Assembly (NCBI GenBank): GCA_963666835.2
Contig: CAXXGO010000001.1
Span: 1,504,001-1,568,000, forward strand
Length of the DNA: 64,000 bases
Direction of reading: 5' to 3'
Origin: Phycisphaerae bacterium
GTDB lineage: Bacteria; Planctomycetota; Phycisphaerae; UBA1845
Shown here piece after piece: positions 8,834-18,648 of the stretch. The first letter of the stretch is position 1, and every line of letters starts with the position of its first letter. The notes under the pieces are model-generated. The model ran no database searches and had not been told where the DNA came from. It worked only from the letters and a program-made list of their open reading frames with translations. The translations under genes and the position numbers were made by a program.

Positions 8834-10669
8834 ATGACAGGTCATTTCCTGCGAAAGGCAAACAAGAAACAGAAACGAGCGGTGGTGGCCGTACAGGTCG
8901 CAGTGTTCTCAGTAGTGTTGGTCGGCATGGCCGCGTTGACCATCGATGTGGGTGCCATGTACAATGCCAAGGCCGATTTGCAGCGGACGGCCGATGCGGC
9001 GGCACTGGCCGCAGCCGCACAACTCTCGGAATACACCGACGGCCCTCCGATAGACTCAGCAACAGAGGTGGCGCTCCAGTACGTCCAGAATAATCCCGTG
9101 CTGGGCCAGACCGTAACGCTCAACGTGGAAACGGACATTGTGTTCGGCCGGGCAGACTTCATCGAAGGAGAGTACACGTTTACTCCCGACTCGGTGATGC
9201 CGGACGCCGTGCGGGTTCGCGTGCGGAAGACTATCGACTCGCCAAACGACTCGCTTTCGTTGTACTTCGGGAAGGTCTTTGGCATAACAAACACTGAGCT
9301 GTGGGCCGAATCGGTAGCGGTTATGATGCCTCGCGATATCGCAGTTGTCGCGGACCTTTCCGGATCACACAACGACGACAGTGAACTTCGGCAATACAAG
9401 TCGACCGAGGTCAACGTCCACGAGGTCTGGGGCGCATTCCCCGGCGGTGTGGGCGACATAGATTCCTCCTGGGGCCCGGAGGAAGACCTTCCGGCGGATT
9501 GGATTGAGGAGGACGGCAGTATCCCCCAGGCAGCTGGACCGGCTTGGGGGTATATGCGAGAACTGGGGTATGGTACTTTGGACTGGGAACCGGGCGGGCT
9601 TCACGATCCCGACTATGATCCCACGGCGGACGACGGGCTGATCCGACTTCCGTACAATCAAGACTGGTCGGATGCCGAGTTGGAGGCTCACCTCAGCGAT
9701 CAAGGCTATAGCGCAAACGAGATAGACGCTATCATGAGCGATAGCTACGACTCCGACGGCGCATACCAATACCGAGTTGCCGTAGCTCTCGGTCTCGCGT
9801 TCTGGAACAGCGGTAAGTCCGGCGGACTTTGGGAGTCGCGTGGCGTCGATCCTTCAGACACCGGTAACGGCAACAGTTGGATCGGCAGCTCGGAGCTGGA
9901 CTGGATTGAACCCGTCTTCAGTAAGTCCATAAGCACCTCGAAGAGCATCTGGTTGGACTACATCAACAACTACGTGAAATCGAGCTCCACGACGATGTAC
10001 CAAGCCAACCACTCGTTTCGTTATCGCTTCGGGGTCAAGACGTTCACGAACTACCTCATGGACCGACGTCCAAGCCACAGCCAGACTCCGGAGTTAGCGG
10101 AGTCCCATACCCAGCCCATGCAAGCGGTCAAAGACGCTGTCGAGTTCATGGTCGGGTTCGTGGACGAGCTGGACACCGACGACCAGCTCTCGTTGGAGAT
10201 TTACGGCCGCACTGCCCATCACGAGGTTGACCTGACCCAGAACTACGCCGAGGTCAGCAACCGCCTCAACGAGATGCAGGCCGGCCATTATGATACCTGG
10301 ACCAACGTCGGCGGGGGGCTGGAGCGGGCCATCGAGGAACTCGAAAGCGACCGGGCGCGGGCTCTGTCTCGCAAGATGATCATCCTGCTGACGGACGGAG
10401 TCGCCAACACCGATGAGCACGGCAATTGGGACGAGGACGGCGCAGTCGATTACGCCTTGGCCCAGGCCCAAATAGCCGCTGACAATGGCGTGAGAATTTT
10501 TGCAGTGAGTGTTGGAGTGACCGCCGACCAGAGCCTGATGCAGCAGATTGCCGAGCTTGGCCACGGAGAACACTTCCACGCGGAAGGTTCAATTGCCCAG
10601 TACAGCGCCGAATTGGCCGATATCTTCCAGAGACTAGGTAGCCGTCGACCGGTCGAGTTGATCCGGTAG
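8834..10669 (+). CDS. TadG-like pilus-associated protein with split VWA domain (paralog 2)
   Basis: Same architecture as 5670..7547 (DLQRTADAAALAAA, DLSGS, TNVGGGL, IILLTDG); ATG at 8834 with GGAG RBS. Confidence 0.88.
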   Translation: MTGHFLRKANKKQKRAVVAVQVAVFSVVLVGMAALTIDVGAMYNAKADLQRTADAAALAAAAQLSEYTDGPPIDSATEVALQYVQNNPVLGQTVTLNVETDIVFGRADFIEGEYTFTPDSVMPDAVRVRVRKTIDSPNDSLSLYFGKVFGITNTELWAESVAVMMPRDIAVVADLSGSHNDDSELRQYKSTEVNVHEVWGAFPGGVGDIDSSWGPEEDLPADWIEEDGSIPQAAGPAWGYMRELGYGTLDWEPGGLHDPDYDPTADDGLIRLPYNQDWSDAELEAHLSDQGYSANEIDAIMSDSYDSDGAYQYRVAVALGLAFWNSGKSGGLWESRGVDPSDTGNGNSWIGSSELDWIEPVFSKSISTSKSIWLDYINNYVKSSSTTMYQANHSFRYRFGVKTFTNYLMDRRPSHSQTPELAESHTQPMQAVKDAVEFMVGFVDELDTDDQLSLEIYGRTAHHEVDLTQNYAEVSNRLNEMQAGHYDTWTNVGGGLERAIEELESDRARALSRKMIILLTDGVANTDEHGNWDEDGAVDYALAQAQIAADNGVRIFAVSVGVTADQSLMQQIAELGHGEHFHAEGSIAQYSAELADIFQRLGSRRPVELIR

Positions 10670-10685
10670 AGCCGACGCTGCAACA

Positions 10686-10731
10686 CGGGCGCCGGCGAAA
10701 CGGAGGGTTCGCCGGCGCCCGGCGTGTTTTT
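10686..10731 (+). terminator. Intrinsic terminator after TadG paralog 2
   Basis: CGGGCGCCGGCGAA...TTCGCCGGCGCCCG stem followed by GCGTGTTTTT. Confidence 0.7.
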
Positions 10732-10789
10732 ACGAGACGCTCCGCAAGGAGCGCTCCCGGCTGTCAATGAAGGAACGTTGAAACAGCCC

Positions 10790-11977
10790 ATGGGGCAAGA
10801 CGTACGTTTCATCGTGCTGAACACCGACGAGGGTTCCGTAGGGGATCTGCGCGCCCAGGTGCTCGGCGTCGGCGGAGTCAAGATCGTCGCCGAAGTGGAC
10901 GAACCCGCCCTGCTCACCCAGGCGGTCAAGCAGTTTCCCATCGATGTCGTCCTGGTCAATCTAGACCCTACTCCGGACGTGATCCTCCCGGTGATCGCCG
11001 AAGCGGTCCAGGAGTCACCCAACCTGACGATCTTCGCCACGTCCGAGTCAACGGACGGGCAGCTCATTCTCAAAGCCATTCGGGCGGGAGTTAAGGAGTT
11101 CCTCCCCAAACCGATCGACGCCGAAGCTCTGACCGAGGCGATCAGCAAGGTCGCCACCCAACGGACTGACGCCGCCCCGATGGGCACTTTGATAACGGTC
11201 ATGGGTACGGCCGGGGGCGTCGGAGCGACGATGCTCGCGGCTAATCTCGCGACGGAGTTGGCGACGGTCACCGACGGGCGGGTGACAGTAGTGGACCTGG
11301 ACTACCGGTACGGTCAGTTGGCGACTCTGTTGGACGTGGATCCGACCTACACCATTGCCGATCTCTGCGCCACCCCCGAGTTGCTGGAGCCCGAAGTCAT
11401 CGAGCGGGCCCTGGTCCGGCACAGCAGCGGCTTATCGGTCCTGAGCAGGCCGAACAGTCTAGCCCAAGCCGAGACGATCACTGCGGCATCTTGTGTCAGC
11501 GTCCTGTCCAGCCTGCTCCAGCTCAACGAGTACGTGGTGGTCGACGGTCCGAACCGGGTGGATCCCGGTGCGAAATCAGTATTGGACCTCTCGGACGTCA
11601 ACCTGCTGTTGGTCCAACTCCTCGTGCCCACGGTGCGCAACGCGCTCCGTACGCTCGAAGGTCTCCGCGAGAGCGGCGCCAGCCTGCAACGCACCCGACT
11701 CGTCTGCAACCGTATCGGACGTGACGCCGGGCACCTCAGTGTCGACGATGTGTCAGAGACTCTGGGGATGCCGGTATTCTCCTCGATTCCGGATGATTGG
11801 GCGACCGTCAGCGCCGCCATCAACCTCGGAGAGACTCTGCAATCGCATAGTCCGAAAAGCAGAGTTCGCCAGACCATAGAGGAAATCGCCGTTCGGCTGC
11901 ATAGCTCCGGTTCCCCGTCCGATGAAAGGAATACGGAGAAGAAGGGGATACTCGGCCGAATCTTCGCAACAAGCTGA
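10790..11977 (+). CDS. cpaE: CpaE/TadZ (atypical receiver domain + MinD/ParA-like domain)
   Basis: Receiver-like N-terminus (AIRAGVKEFLPKP), GTAGGVGAT loop, VVDLD; precedes cpaF. Confidence 0.9.
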   Translation: MGQDVRFIVLNTDEGSVGDLRAQVLGVGGVKIVAEVDEPALLTQAVKQFPIDVVLVNLDPTPDVILPVIAEAVQESPNLTIFATSESTDGQLILKAIRAGVKEFLPKPIDAEALTEAISKVATQRTDAAPMGTLITVMGTAGGVGATMLAANLATELATVTDGRVTVVDLDYRYGQLATLLDVDPTYTIADLCATPELLEPEVIERALVRHSSGLSVLSRPNSLAQAETITAASCVSVLSSLLQLNEYVVVDGPNRVDPGAKSVLDLSDVNLLLVQLLVPTVRNALRTLEGLRESGASLQRTRLVCNRIGRDAGHLSVDDVSETLGMPVFSSIPDDWATVSAAINLGETLQSHSPKSRVRQTIEEIAVRLHSSGSPSDERNTEKKGILGRIFATS

Positions 11978-12088
11978 CCCGGCGGGCAATCGAGTCCACG
12001 GAGGGTCGTGCCGGCAGCGCGGAATTCCGCAAGGCGCTTGGGCCGAGATTGCGTAAGCCCCGGTCATTAACTGTGTCGGATAACGCTT

Positions 12089-13507
12089 ATGTTCGGCAAA
12101 CGAATGCCCAGCAATATCGCGGCGCCGCCGGCCAAGACGCCCCCGGCCAAACCTGCGACACCCAAACCGGGGACAACGGCTAAGCCGACTGCCCCCGCCC
12201 GGACGGCCGTATCCAAGGAGAAGACCGATCAATTCAACGCCTTGAAGATGAGGTTGCACCGCAAGCTCATCGACCAGCTCGACCTGACCCGAATGGTGGG
12301 CGAGGAAGAGGATCTCCGGGAGCAGGTCCGTGAAATTGTCTCGCAACTCGCCGACCAGGAGAATACGCTGCTCAACTTCAACGAGCGGCAGCGACTCATC
12401 AACGAGGTTCTCGATGAGACGTTCGGCCTGGGTCCTTTGGAGGTAATCCTGGCCGACTCGTCGATCAGCGACATCCTGGTCAACGGGCCGAAACAGGTCT
12501 ATGTCGAGCGCGGCGGAAAGCTCGGCTTGGCTGAGATTCAGTTTCGCGATAACGCCCACTTGATGCACGTGATCGACAAGATCGTCAGCGCCGTGGGACG
12601 ACGTTGCGACGAAACTTCGCCGCTGGTCGACGCCCGCCTGGCCGACGGCAGCCGAGTTAATGCGGTCATCCCGCCCTTGGCTATCGATGGGGCGAGCATG
12701 TCGATTCGTCGGTTCGGTGCCGACCCACTGACATGGGACGACTACATCAACTTCAAGTCCTGCACGCCGCAAATCCGAGATTTTCTGGAGGCGTGCGTTA
12801 AGTCTCATCTGAACATCCTGGTCATCGGGGGAACCGGATCCGGTAAGACCACCCTGCTGAACAATCTGTCGTCGTTCATCCCGGATTCAGAGCGAATCGT
12901 CACCATGGAAGACGCTGCGGAACTGCAGCTTCGCCAGCCGCACGTGGTCCGCCTCGAATCCCGCCCCGCGAACATCGAGGGCAAAGGAAAGATCGCGATC
13001 AGAGACCTGCTTATTAACAGTCTGCGAATGAGGCCGGATCGTATCGTAGTCGGCGAGTGCCGCGGACCCGAAACGCTCGACATGCTCCAGGCGATGAACA
13101 CCGGACACGACGGCTCCCTGACCACCCTCCACGCTAACAGCACCCGGGACACGGTGGCCAGAGTAGAAACCATGGTGATGATGGCCGGGTTTGATCTCCC
13201 CCTTCGCGCCATCCGCCAGCAGTTCGCTTCCGCCATCAACGTAATTGTCCAGGCTCAGAGACTGACCGGCGGACCGCGAAAGATCACCAGTGTTACCGAG
13301 GTCACGGGAATGGAAGGCGACGTGGTGACCATGCAGGACATCTTCGCCTTCGAGCAGTTGGGCGTGAACTCCGCAGGCAAGGCTTTCGGGCAGTTTGTGG
13401 CCAGCGGCATCCGACCCACTTTCCTGGAGAGGTTTGCAGCAACCGGATGCCCCGTCGATCCATCGTTGTTTGAACGCCAAGTGCTGTTGAAGGATGACGT
13501 CGAGTAG
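12089..13507 (+). CDS. cpaF: Tad pilus assembly ATPase CpaF/TadA
   Basis: GGTGSGKTT, EDAAEL, LRMRPDRIVVGECRG, AMNTGHDGS. Confidence 0.97.
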   Translation: MFGKRMPSNIAAPPAKTPPAKPATPKPGTTAKPTAPARTAVSKEKTDQFNALKMRLHRKLIDQLDLTRMVGEEEDLREQVREIVSQLADQENTLLNFNERQRLINEVLDETFGLGPLEVILADSSISDILVNGPKQVYVERGGKLGLAEIQFRDNAHLMHVIDKIVSAVGRRCDETSPLVDARLADGSRVNAVIPPLAIDGASMSIRRFGADPLTWDDYINFKSCTPQIRDFLEACVKSHLNILVIGGTGSGKTTLLNNLSSFIPDSERIVTMEDAAELQLRQPHVVRLESRPANIEGKGKIAIRDLLINSLRMRPDRIVVGECRGPETLDMLQAMNTGHDGSLTTLHANSTRDTVARVETMVMMAGFDLPLRAIRQQFASAINVIVQAQRLTGGPRKITSVTEVTGMEGDVVTMQDIFAFEQLGVNSAGKAFGQFVASGIRPTFLERFAATGCPVDPSLFERQVLLKDDVE

Positions 13508-13531
13508 ACCGGTCCATTAGAGGTTTCACCG

Positions 13532-14563
13532 ATGGTGTCGATTTCCATCCAAGCGTTCGCGAGTTCGTTGTCCGGACCACCGTTGCTGGCGGCCGGCGGT
13601 GACGCGCTCGTGCTGATTCTGCCGATCGTAGGCTCGATGCTGCTCTTCTACGGCATCTTCCAGGTGGTCGTGGAATCACGAACGTCGAACCGCAAGAAAA
13701 TGCAGGACCGCCTTCGCGGACGGCGCACCAAGACCCAGAAGGAACCTTCGTCCATCATGCGCCGCGGAGCGCTGGGCCATTCCAAGTCATTCGCCGATGT
13801 GGTGATCGGAAAGGCCAAATTCGTTCCCAAACTGCAGACCTTGCTGGACCAAGCCGACGTCGACTGGTCGGCATCTCGAATGCTCTTCAACCTGGTCGCA
13901 GTTGCGGTGGTCGCGCTGGTCGGGTTAATTATCTTCCAGTTCAACCCGGTGGTGGCGGTGGCGACCGCAGGCGCCGTTCTGGCCCTGCCGCTGATGTGGC
14001 TCAGCATGCGCCGCGCCCGACGCATGCGCCGGATCACCAACCAGCTCCCGGACGTATTCGACATGATGAGCCAGGCCCTCCGCGCAGGGCATGCCCTCGG
14101 TGGAGCCATCCAGCTCATTTACGAGCAAATGCCGCCGCCGATCGCCACGGAATTCGCCCAGGTCTACCACGAACAGAACCTCGGCATCAGAATCGAAGAC
14201 GCTCTGCAGTCGATGGCCGACCGCGTGGATTCTCTCGACGTCCGGTTTTTCGTAACCGCGGTGATGATCCAGCGTCAGACCGGTGGTGACTTGGCCGAGG
14301 TACTGGAGAACATCAGCGGGGTAATCCGCGAGCGAATAGAACTGGCAGGGTTGGTACGCGGCCTGACTGCCGAGGGGCGGCTCTCGGGCTGGGTGCTCTT
14401 CGCGCTGCCCATTCTAGTGTTCCTGGCCGTCACCCAGCTAAACCCCGACTACGCCACGCCTCTCTTCGAGGAGACCTTGGGCAAAATACTCCTCGCCTTG
14501 GCAGCCGGGATGCAACTGATCGGGCTCGCGATGATTCGCTGGATTGTCAATATCAAGGTCTGA
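13532..14563 (+). CDS. tadB: Tad inner-membrane platform protein TadB (T2SSF family)
   Basis: QLPDVFDMMSQALRAGH...IQRQTGGDLAEVL...LTAEGRLSG. Confidence 0.95.
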   Translation: MVSISIQAFASSLSGPPLLAAGGDALVLILPIVGSMLLFYGIFQVVVESRTSNRKKMQDRLRGRRTKTQKEPSSIMRRGALGHSKSFADVVIGKAKFVPKLQTLLDQADVDWSASRMLFNLVAVAVVALVGLIIFQFNPVVAVATAGAVLALPLMWLSMRRARRMRRITNQLPDVFDMMSQALRAGHALGGAIQLIYEQMPPPIATEFAQVYHEQNLGIRIEDALQSMADRVDSLDVRFFVTAVMIQRQTGGDLAEVLENISGVIRERIELAGLVRGLTAEGRLSGWVLFALPILVFLAVTQLNPDYATPLFEETLGKILLALAAGMQLIGLAMIRWIVNIKV

Positions 14564-14630
14564 ATGTGTCTCTGCTACAGCGTGAACCACTCTCTGACAG
14601 ACAGGCCATGACGGGATTGGAGTCCACGGT

Positions 14631-15563
14631 ATGACGATTTACATGATCGGCGGCATGTTGATGCTCGCGATCGTCCTTATCACCTTCGCCTTGTGGCCCA
14701 GATCGAAGGGTGACGGGGACGCCATCAAACGCCGTATGGCCGGGCGAAGCGCCCAGTCCAATATCGCGCGCGTTCGGCAGCAGGCCAAAGAATCGGTTGC
14801 CAAGCGAGTGATGGATAAGGTTACTCCGATAGCCGTGCGTCCATCTATGGTGACCAACGCGGAGGAGATGTCGAAACTCCGGATCAAGCTGACCACGGCG
14901 GGGTTCCGAAGCGAGAAGGCCCCGATGACCTTCCTGGCAAGTAAGACCGTCGTCGCCATGCTCCTCGGTCTCGCGGTCGCCGCCTACTGCTGGGCCAAGG
15001 GCACTCCCGTGCAGACGGCGGTTGGCGGCGTGATGCTTGGCGCGGGGTTCGGGTTCCTCGCCCCGAACCTCTGGCTAAGATCCGCAACTCAGAAGCGAAT
15101 GGACCAGATCCGCAAGGGGCTGCCGGACACCCTGGATATGCTGGTGATCTCGGTAGAATCCGGGCTCGGACTCGACGCCGCTTTTCAGAGAGTCGGAGAC
15201 GAGCTGCGCAAGGTCCACCCCACGTTGTCTGAAGAGCTTCAACTGGTCACTCTCGAATCCCAGATGGGGATTCCGCGCTCGGAGGCCCTGGGCAACTTCG
15301 CCACCCGGACCGGTCTTGAAGAGTCGAGATCGCTAGTCGGCGTCATCAACCAGGCCGAGCGCTTCGGCACCAGCATCGCCGCTGCGCTGCGCCGGCAATC
15401 CCAGGCGTTGAGAATCAAGCGACGCCAGGCCGCCGAAGAGAAGGCTCAACAGACCACGGTCAAGCTGATGTTCCCGCTCATCTGCTTCATTTTTCCGGCC
15501 ATTCTGGTCGTATTGGCCGGACCGGCCGCTCTGAAGATGATCGAGATGTTCACTAACCAGTAG
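14631..15563 (+). CDS. tadC: Tad inner-membrane platform protein TadC (T2SSF family)
   Basis: LPDTLDMLVISVESGLGLDAA...QAERFGTSI...KLMFPLICFIFP...GPA. Confidence 0.95.
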   Translation: MTIYMIGGMLMLAIVLITFALWPRSKGDGDAIKRRMAGRSAQSNIARVRQQAKESVAKRVMDKVTPIAVRPSMVTNAEEMSKLRIKLTTAGFRSEKAPMTFLASKTVVAMLLGLAVAAYCWAKGTPVQTAVGGVMLGAGFGFLAPNLWLRSATQKRMDQIRKGLPDTLDMLVISVESGLGLDAAFQRVGDELRKVHPTLSEELQLVTLESQMGIPRSEALGNFATRTGLEESRSLVGVINQAERFGTSIAAALRRQSQALRIKRRQAAEEKAQQTTVKLMFPLICFIFPAILVVLAGPAALKMIEMFTNQ

Positions 15564-15663
15564 GTCGGGCTCAGCCCAATGGTACTAACCTCGGGAGACG
15601 AGAGAGTCCTCTCTGATGTGCGGACTGCGTCCCGTCCGAGTACGCCGACGGCGTTGCGCTTTC

Positions 15664-15961
15664 CAGCCCGAAGGGCTCAGATCAAGTAGCCGGGGGCAAG
15701 GCCGCGCAACGGCCGCCGCCCCCGGACTCGGTCCCCGCAACCTCCCTGACCCTGGAGGGGTCAAATAGCCCCAGTGAATGTGCTTCGCCATTGACTTCTG
15801 ACGCATTCTCAAAGAGGCCGGGCAGCCGAAACGGACGCGCGGTTCATCGCCACCGTCTCTTTCACCCTGTCAGCGTGATTGGGATTGTTGGGACCCCATC
15901 CGGGGGCGGCGGCCGCTGCGCGGCCTTGCCCCCGGATATTGTCTTGCAGGCTTTCAGCCTG
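15664..15961. repeat. REPIN-like inverted pair of palindromic REP units
   Basis: 15690-15726 CCGGGGGCAAGGCCGCGCAACGGCCGCCGCCCCCGGA is the reverse complement (1 mismatch) of 15899-15935; flanked by small hairpins AGCCCGAAGGGCT and AGGCTTTCAGCCT. Confidence 0.75.
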
Positions 15962-16371
15962 AACACCGAGCCGGCCTGACGCCGTTCGCTGAAAAGGAAG
16001 CCGCGCCTTGCGGCCTCTGAGACTGAGGATTGGGCCACCGCGGAGTCGGACGGATACGATTCGCTCGCTCGGCAAAGACGGGTAGAACAACGAGGAGCTC
16101 CGCCCGCGGCTAAATGCCTACGTCCTTTCGGGACGGTTGCCCGCATGGTGGCCTGACAAAGGTGAGTAACTCAGCGCGCTTCCACGCTAGGGGCAAGCTA
16201 CATTGCTTTGCGGCCTGCACTCCGCTTGGATGAGTAGTCCGGGCTAAGCCGAACGCCACGCCCCTTTCGCAATCCGGACTTCGCAGTGGTCCATCCACCC
16301 GTCCCCGGTTACACTATCGGACCTGGAACGGACGTTCCGGTGACTCTCGGAGCTTACCCGGCGGATCCGGC

Positions 16372-17583
16372 ATGACCTGGAGCCCGAACACACGGCCGCG
16401 CTTACGCCCCCTGGAGAGCTTCCCGGTTCCTGAAGGTAACGGGATGATGGTTGGTCTGCGCGATCCGTCCGGGCTGTCCGGCGTCGCCCTGGCACTCTCC
16501 CGAGCCGCGCTCGGCATTCTCTCCCTTATGGATGGCAACCACACCTGCCAGGACATCTGCGCGGAGTACGCCGCAGCCACCGGGCAGACTCTTCCGGACG
16601 GCACTCTGCAATCCATGCTCGACTCCCTGGAACAGGCCCACTTCCTCGAAGGTACCGAGTTCGAAACGTACTACGCAGGCCTGGTTGCAGACTATCGCAG
16701 TCAACCAACTCGCGCCGTGCTGGAGGGTTCCGCCCTGGAGATCCTGCACAAATCGCCCGCGCTCTTTGACGAGATTCTCGCCGAAGCCACGCAGGCTCCG
16801 CCCACGACTCCGCTCGTCGGGTTAATCGCCCCCCATCTCGACTATCCGCGCGGACGCCCGGCCTACGCGGAAGCCTACGCAATGTTGCGGAATCGCCCGG
16901 CTCCGGATCGGGTCGTAATCCTGGGGACGAACCACTTCGGCCGGTCCCCGTCGATCGTAGCGACCGCAGCCAACTTCGCCACGCCCTTGGGAATCACGCG
17001 GACTGACACCGACTTTCTCAACCGACTCGAGGAGAGGTGCGGCAATCTGCGAGAGCACGAGCTCGATCATCTGCACGAGCACTCCGTCGAACTCCAAGTC
17101 GCCTGGCTGCAGCATCTGTTCGGCCCGGACACGTTCGAACTGGTGGCCGTTCTCTGTCCCAACCCCGACGGATTCACAAAGGACGAATCTGCCACCGGCT
17201 CCGGCGGCGATCTATCCCTTCTGGCCACAACCTTGGCAGAGTTCATTGCCGAGGACCGCGCCGACACGCTCCTGGTGGCCGGTGCCGATCTGAGCCACAC
17301 CGGAGCCGCTTTCGGAGATGAACACGTTCTTGAACCCGGCTATTTGGAGGAGATTCAACAGCGTGACCAGCGCGCCCTGGACCGGCTGATCAAGCGCGAC
17401 CCTGCCGGCTGGGTCCGCTGCGTGGCGGAAGACGGAAACCCCACAAATGTCTGCAGCGCCGGCTGCATCTACGCGTTGTCCTCAGCGTTACCGACCGCTA
17501 CCGTCCGGCAATTAAGGTATCATCAGGCCGTCGACCATCCCACCCAAACATGCGTGACCTGCGCGGCGGTCGCCTTCTCGTAA
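16372..17583 (+). CDS. amrB: AmmeMemoRadiSam protein B / MEMO1 family with N-terminal extension
   Basis: GLIAPHLDY, ILGTNH, HLHEHSVELQ, ADLSH, NVCSAG motifs. Confidence 0.85.
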   Translation: MTWSPNTRPRLRPLESFPVPEGNGMMVGLRDPSGLSGVALALSRAALGILSLMDGNHTCQDICAEYAAATGQTLPDGTLQSMLDSLEQAHFLEGTEFETYYAGLVADYRSQPTRAVLEGSALEILHKSPALFDEILAEATQAPPTTPLVGLIAPHLDYPRGRPAYAEAYAMLRNRPAPDRVVILGTNHFGRSPSIVATAANFATPLGITRTDTDFLNRLEERCGNLREHELDHLHEHSVELQVAWLQHLFGPDTFELVAVLCPNPDGFTKDESATGSGGDLSLLATTLAEFIAEDRADTLLVAGADLSHTGAAFGDEHVLEPGYLEEIQQRDQRALDRLIKRDPAGWVRCVAEDGNPTNVCSAGCIYALSSALPTATVRQLRYHQAVDHPTQTCVTCAAVAFS

Positions 17584-17590
17584 TATCGAA

Positions 17591-18646
17591 ATGAGTGCGT
17601 TATCGCAATACTACAGGATCATCGCAGGTGAGACCGGGGCGTGGTCGCTGCCAATAAGGGCGGTCCTGCGCGTGCTGGAGCAGGGTTATGCCGCCGGCGT
17701 GGCCCTCCGCAATCAACGTTATGACCGCAAGGGTCCAACGGTCACTCTGCCGTTGCCGGTCATCAGTATCGGCAACATAACTGCCGGCGGCACGGGTAAG
17801 ACGCCGCTGGTCATTGATCTCGCCCAGCGTTTGGAACGAATGGGAATGAACCCGGCCGTTGTCTCGCGCGGCTACGGTTCGGTCGACGGCGGCCCCAATG
17901 ACGAAGAGCGGCTAATCCGTGAGCATTGCCCCGGATTGGTGTGCCTATCCGACCCCGACCGAGCCCAAGCCGCGGAGGACGCCCACCGGCAATTCGGCGC
18001 CGACGTAATCATCCTGGACGACGGTTTCCAGCATCGCCGACTCGCTCGCACCCTCGATATTGTCACTGTCGACGCCACCCGCCCGTTCGGCCATGGGCAT
18101 CTTCTTCCTCGGGGCCTCTTGCGAGAGCCCGTATCGAGTTTACGCCGCGCCGACGTCATGGTGATAACCCGGTGCGACCAGGCTTCCAAGGCCGAGCTCA
18201 ACAACCTGGACGCGCGGCTGGAGCGCATCGCTCCGAGCGTGCCCCGTCTGCGGAGTCGTCACGGAGTTACGGGAATCCACCATCTGGACGGCACACCGTT
18301 CACCCGTCCGTTGGCCGGACTGAAAGCCGCAGCTTTCGCGGCCATCGGGCACCCCGAGTCATTTGTCACGCTCGTTCGCTCATTGGAAATCGACGTAGTC
18401 GCCCGGCGCTGGTGGCCTGACCACCACCACTATCGCCCTGCCGACATTGACTCGCTGTTCAAGACCGGAGCGGCGCCCCCGCATGAGTTCCTGATCACTA
18501 CTGAAAAGGACGCGGTGAAACTGACCGATCTGCCGGGGCTCGATCCGGCTCGCATCCTCGTCGTCAAGATCGCAATCGACTTCCCAACCGGTGACGCTAC
18601 AATCCTTGACGAGCGGCTCCAAGAGATCTTCCAGATGGCGGATTAG
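17591..18646 (+). CDS. lpxK: Tetraacyldisaccharide 4'-kinase
   Basis: SIGNITAGGTGKTP, SRGYG, LDDGFQHRRL, LLPRGLLREP, PDHH, TTEKDAVK. Confidence 0.97.
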   Translation: MSALSQYYRIIAGETGAWSLPIRAVLRVLEQGYAAGVALRNQRYDRKGPTVTLPLPVISIGNITAGGTGKTPLVIDLAQRLERMGMNPAVVSRGYGSVDGGPNDEERLIREHCPGLVCLSDPDRAQAAEDAHRQFGADVIILDDGFQHRRLARTLDIVTVDATRPFGHGHLLPRGLLREPVSSLRRADVMVITRCDQASKAELNNLDARLERIAPSVPRLRSRHGVTGIHHLDGTPFTRPLAGLKAAAFAAIGHPESFVTLVRSLEIDVVARRWWPDHHHYRPADIDSLFKTGAAPPHEFLITTEKDAVKLTDLPGLDPARILVVKIAIDFPTGDATILDERLQEIFQMAD

Positions 18647-18648
18647 GC

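Noticed and set aside
2059..8900. Ala instead of Gly at the -1 cleavage position of TadE and both TadG paralogs
   Set aside because: Prepilin peptidases tolerate small residues at -1, so this is not distinctive
5670..10669. Shufflon-type recombinational switching between the two TadG genes
   Set aside because: The genes are in direct orientation with many synonymous differences, and no recombinase or repeated crossover site is seen
10790..11977. Degenerate Walker A and missing phospho-Asp in CpaE
   Set aside because: This is an established property of CpaE/TadZ proteins
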